Shown here: positions 62,387 to 64,000 of the stretch, piece by piece | Numbering within the stretch: position 1 is the stretch's first letter | How the letters are laid out: every line of letters begins with the position of its first letter | Origin: Mobula hypostoma | Taxonomy: Eukaryota | Assembly (NCBI RefSeq): GCF_963921235.1 | Contig: NC_086108.1 | Span: 4,154,001-4,218,000 of the forward strand | DNA: 64,000 nucleotides | Reading direction: 5' to 3' | Program-made: the position numbers and the translations under genes | Notes under the pieces: model-generated | Told to the model about the DNA's origin: nothing | Seen by the model: only the letters and a program-made list of their open reading frames with translations | The model's database searches: none

Positions 62387-63156
62387 ACACGAGGAATTCT
62401 GCAGATGCTGGAAATTCAAGCAACACACATCAAAGTTGCTGGTGGAACACAGCAGGCCAGGCAGCATCTCTAGGAAGAGGTACAGTCGACGTTTCCGGTG
62501 CTCCTGATGTGGCCTTCTATATATTGGCGAGACCCGACGCAGACTGGGAGATCGTTTTGCTGAACAGCTATGCTCTGTCTGCCAGAGAAAGCAGGATCTC
62601 CCAGTGGCCACACATTTTAATTCCACATCCCATTCCCATTCTGACATGTCTATCCATGGCCTCCTCTACTGTAAAGATGAAGCCACACTCAGGTTGGAGG
62701 AACAACACCTTATATTCCAACTGGGTAGCCTCCAACCTGATGGCATGAACATTGACTTCTCAAACTTCCGCTAATGTCCCACCTCCCCCTTGTACCCCAT
62801 CCGTTATTTATTTATTTACTCATTCTTATTTCTCTCTCTCCTTTTTCTCCCTCTGTCCCTCTCACTATACCCCTTGCCCATCCTCTGAGTTCCCCCCCAC
62901 TTTTCCTTCTTCCCGGTCCTCCTGTTCCATGATCCTCTCATATCCCTTTTGCCAATCAACTGTCCAGCTCTTGGCTCCATCCCCCCCCCCCCTGTCTTCT
63001 CCCATCATTTTGGATCTCCCCCTCCCCCCTCCCACTTTCAAATCTCTTACTCACTCTTGCTTCAGTTAGTCCTGACGAAGGGTCTTGGCCCGAAACGTCG
63101 ACTGTACCTCTTCCTAGAGACGCTGCCTGGCCTGCTGCGTTCACCAGCAACTTTGG
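62387..63156 (+). mobile_element. Penelope-like insertion with an inverted 5' pLTR piece and a 14-bp TSD
   Basis: 62387-62495 is the reverse complement of the PLE tail; the GIY-YIG segment is 62496-62775; TTTATGTTACCCAA at 62373-62386 and 63157-63170. Confidence 0.9.
63068..63103 (+). ncRNA. minimal type-I hammerhead ribozyme motif (best copy)
   Basis: AGTC-CTGACGA-A-GGGT/CTTG/GCCC-GAAAC-GTC-GACT; predicted cut after 63099. Confidence 0.8.
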
Positions 63157-63374
63157 TTTATGTTACCCAATACCATTTTGAGATGTGTTTTCTAGCAGGC
63201 ATTCACAGTAGAACAAAGAATTCCAATACAATCAGTGAAAAACTACACACACTGACAAAAGCAATGTGCAAAAGAAGACAATCTGTGCAAATACAAAAAT
63301 AAGTTAAAAAAAATACTGAAAACATAAGTCTTTTCATCAAAGGTGGATTAAATTAAGGTTAGTTTGCCAAATCG

Positions 63375-63722
63375 AAGGTGGTGACGAATCAATCTACAGG
63401 AGGGAGATTGAAAATGTGGCTGAGTGGTGCCATAACAGCACCCTCTCACTCAATGTCAGTATGACCAAGGAGCTGATTATTGACTTCAGGAAGAGGAAAC
63501 CAGAGGTCCATGAGCCAGTCCTCATCAGAGGGTCAGCAACTTTAAATTCCTCAGTGTTACTATTTCAGGGGACCTGTCCTGGGCCCAGCATGTAAACACC
63601 ATTACAAAGAAAGCACGGCAGCACCTCGACTTCCTCAGCAGTTTGCAAAGATTCAGCACGACATCTAAAGCTTCGACAAACTCCAAACGGTGTGTGCTGG
63701 AGAGTGTATTGACTGGCTGCGT
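63375..63722 (+). mobile_element. Rex1/Babar-like RT fragment
   Basis: YRREIENVAEWCHNSTLSLNVSMTKELIIDFRK...CVLESVLTGC. Confidence 0.8.
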
Positions 63723-64000
63723 CAGAGTTCAAAGTAAAATTTACTATTGGAGTACAGATATGTCACCACATACAACCCCGAGATCCTTTTTCTGTCTGCA
63801 AACTCTGCAAATCTGCAGAACAGGAACTGTAAACAAGCTGTGCAAATGCAGATAATAAATAAATAGCAATAAATAATGAGTCTGAAATAAGATAAGAGAG
63901 TCCTTAAATGAGTATAGTTACCCCCTTTTGTTCAAGAACCTGAGCAAAAGGCGATAACTTCACTGAGTCGTATGGAAACAACAACACCCTTGAATGGAAG

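Overview
This is eukaryotic, repeat-dense (roughly three quarters repeat-derived by eye) DNA. It is most likely an intron or intergenic region of a cartilaginous fish (ray/skate-like), inferred from the mix of CR1 LINEs, Rex1/Babar-like LINEs, HE1/V-SINE-like elements, Penelope-like elements (PLEs) and IR-DR Tc1. No intact host protein-coding gene, rRNA, tRNA gene or CRISPR array could be supported; nearly all ORFs in the track are decayed transposon frames or tandem-repeat artefacts. Main structures: (1) many PLE-derived termini carrying minimal type-I hammerhead ribozyme motifs, two with intact cores and stems (17302-17337, 63068-63103), plus a 132-bp solo ribozyme-tail insertion with a 12-bp TSD; (2) a four-level nest at 15360-23912 (Rex-like LINE > Tc1 > Rex-like LINE > PLE), with a ~5-kb Nimb/I-clade LINE also inside the Tc1; (3) a near-full-length decayed CR1 (10505-15064); (4) two 517-bp MITE copies with 6-bp TSDs; (5) a 95-bp hairpin-forming satellite born from a LINE 3' end at two loci, plus 39/40-, 26- and 25-bp minisatellites and a 1.7-kb CT tract; (6) unique islands containing a candidate recursive splice site/micro-exon and enhancer-like motif clusters. 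Family names come from recognising motifs, not from database searches, and many boundaries are approximate.
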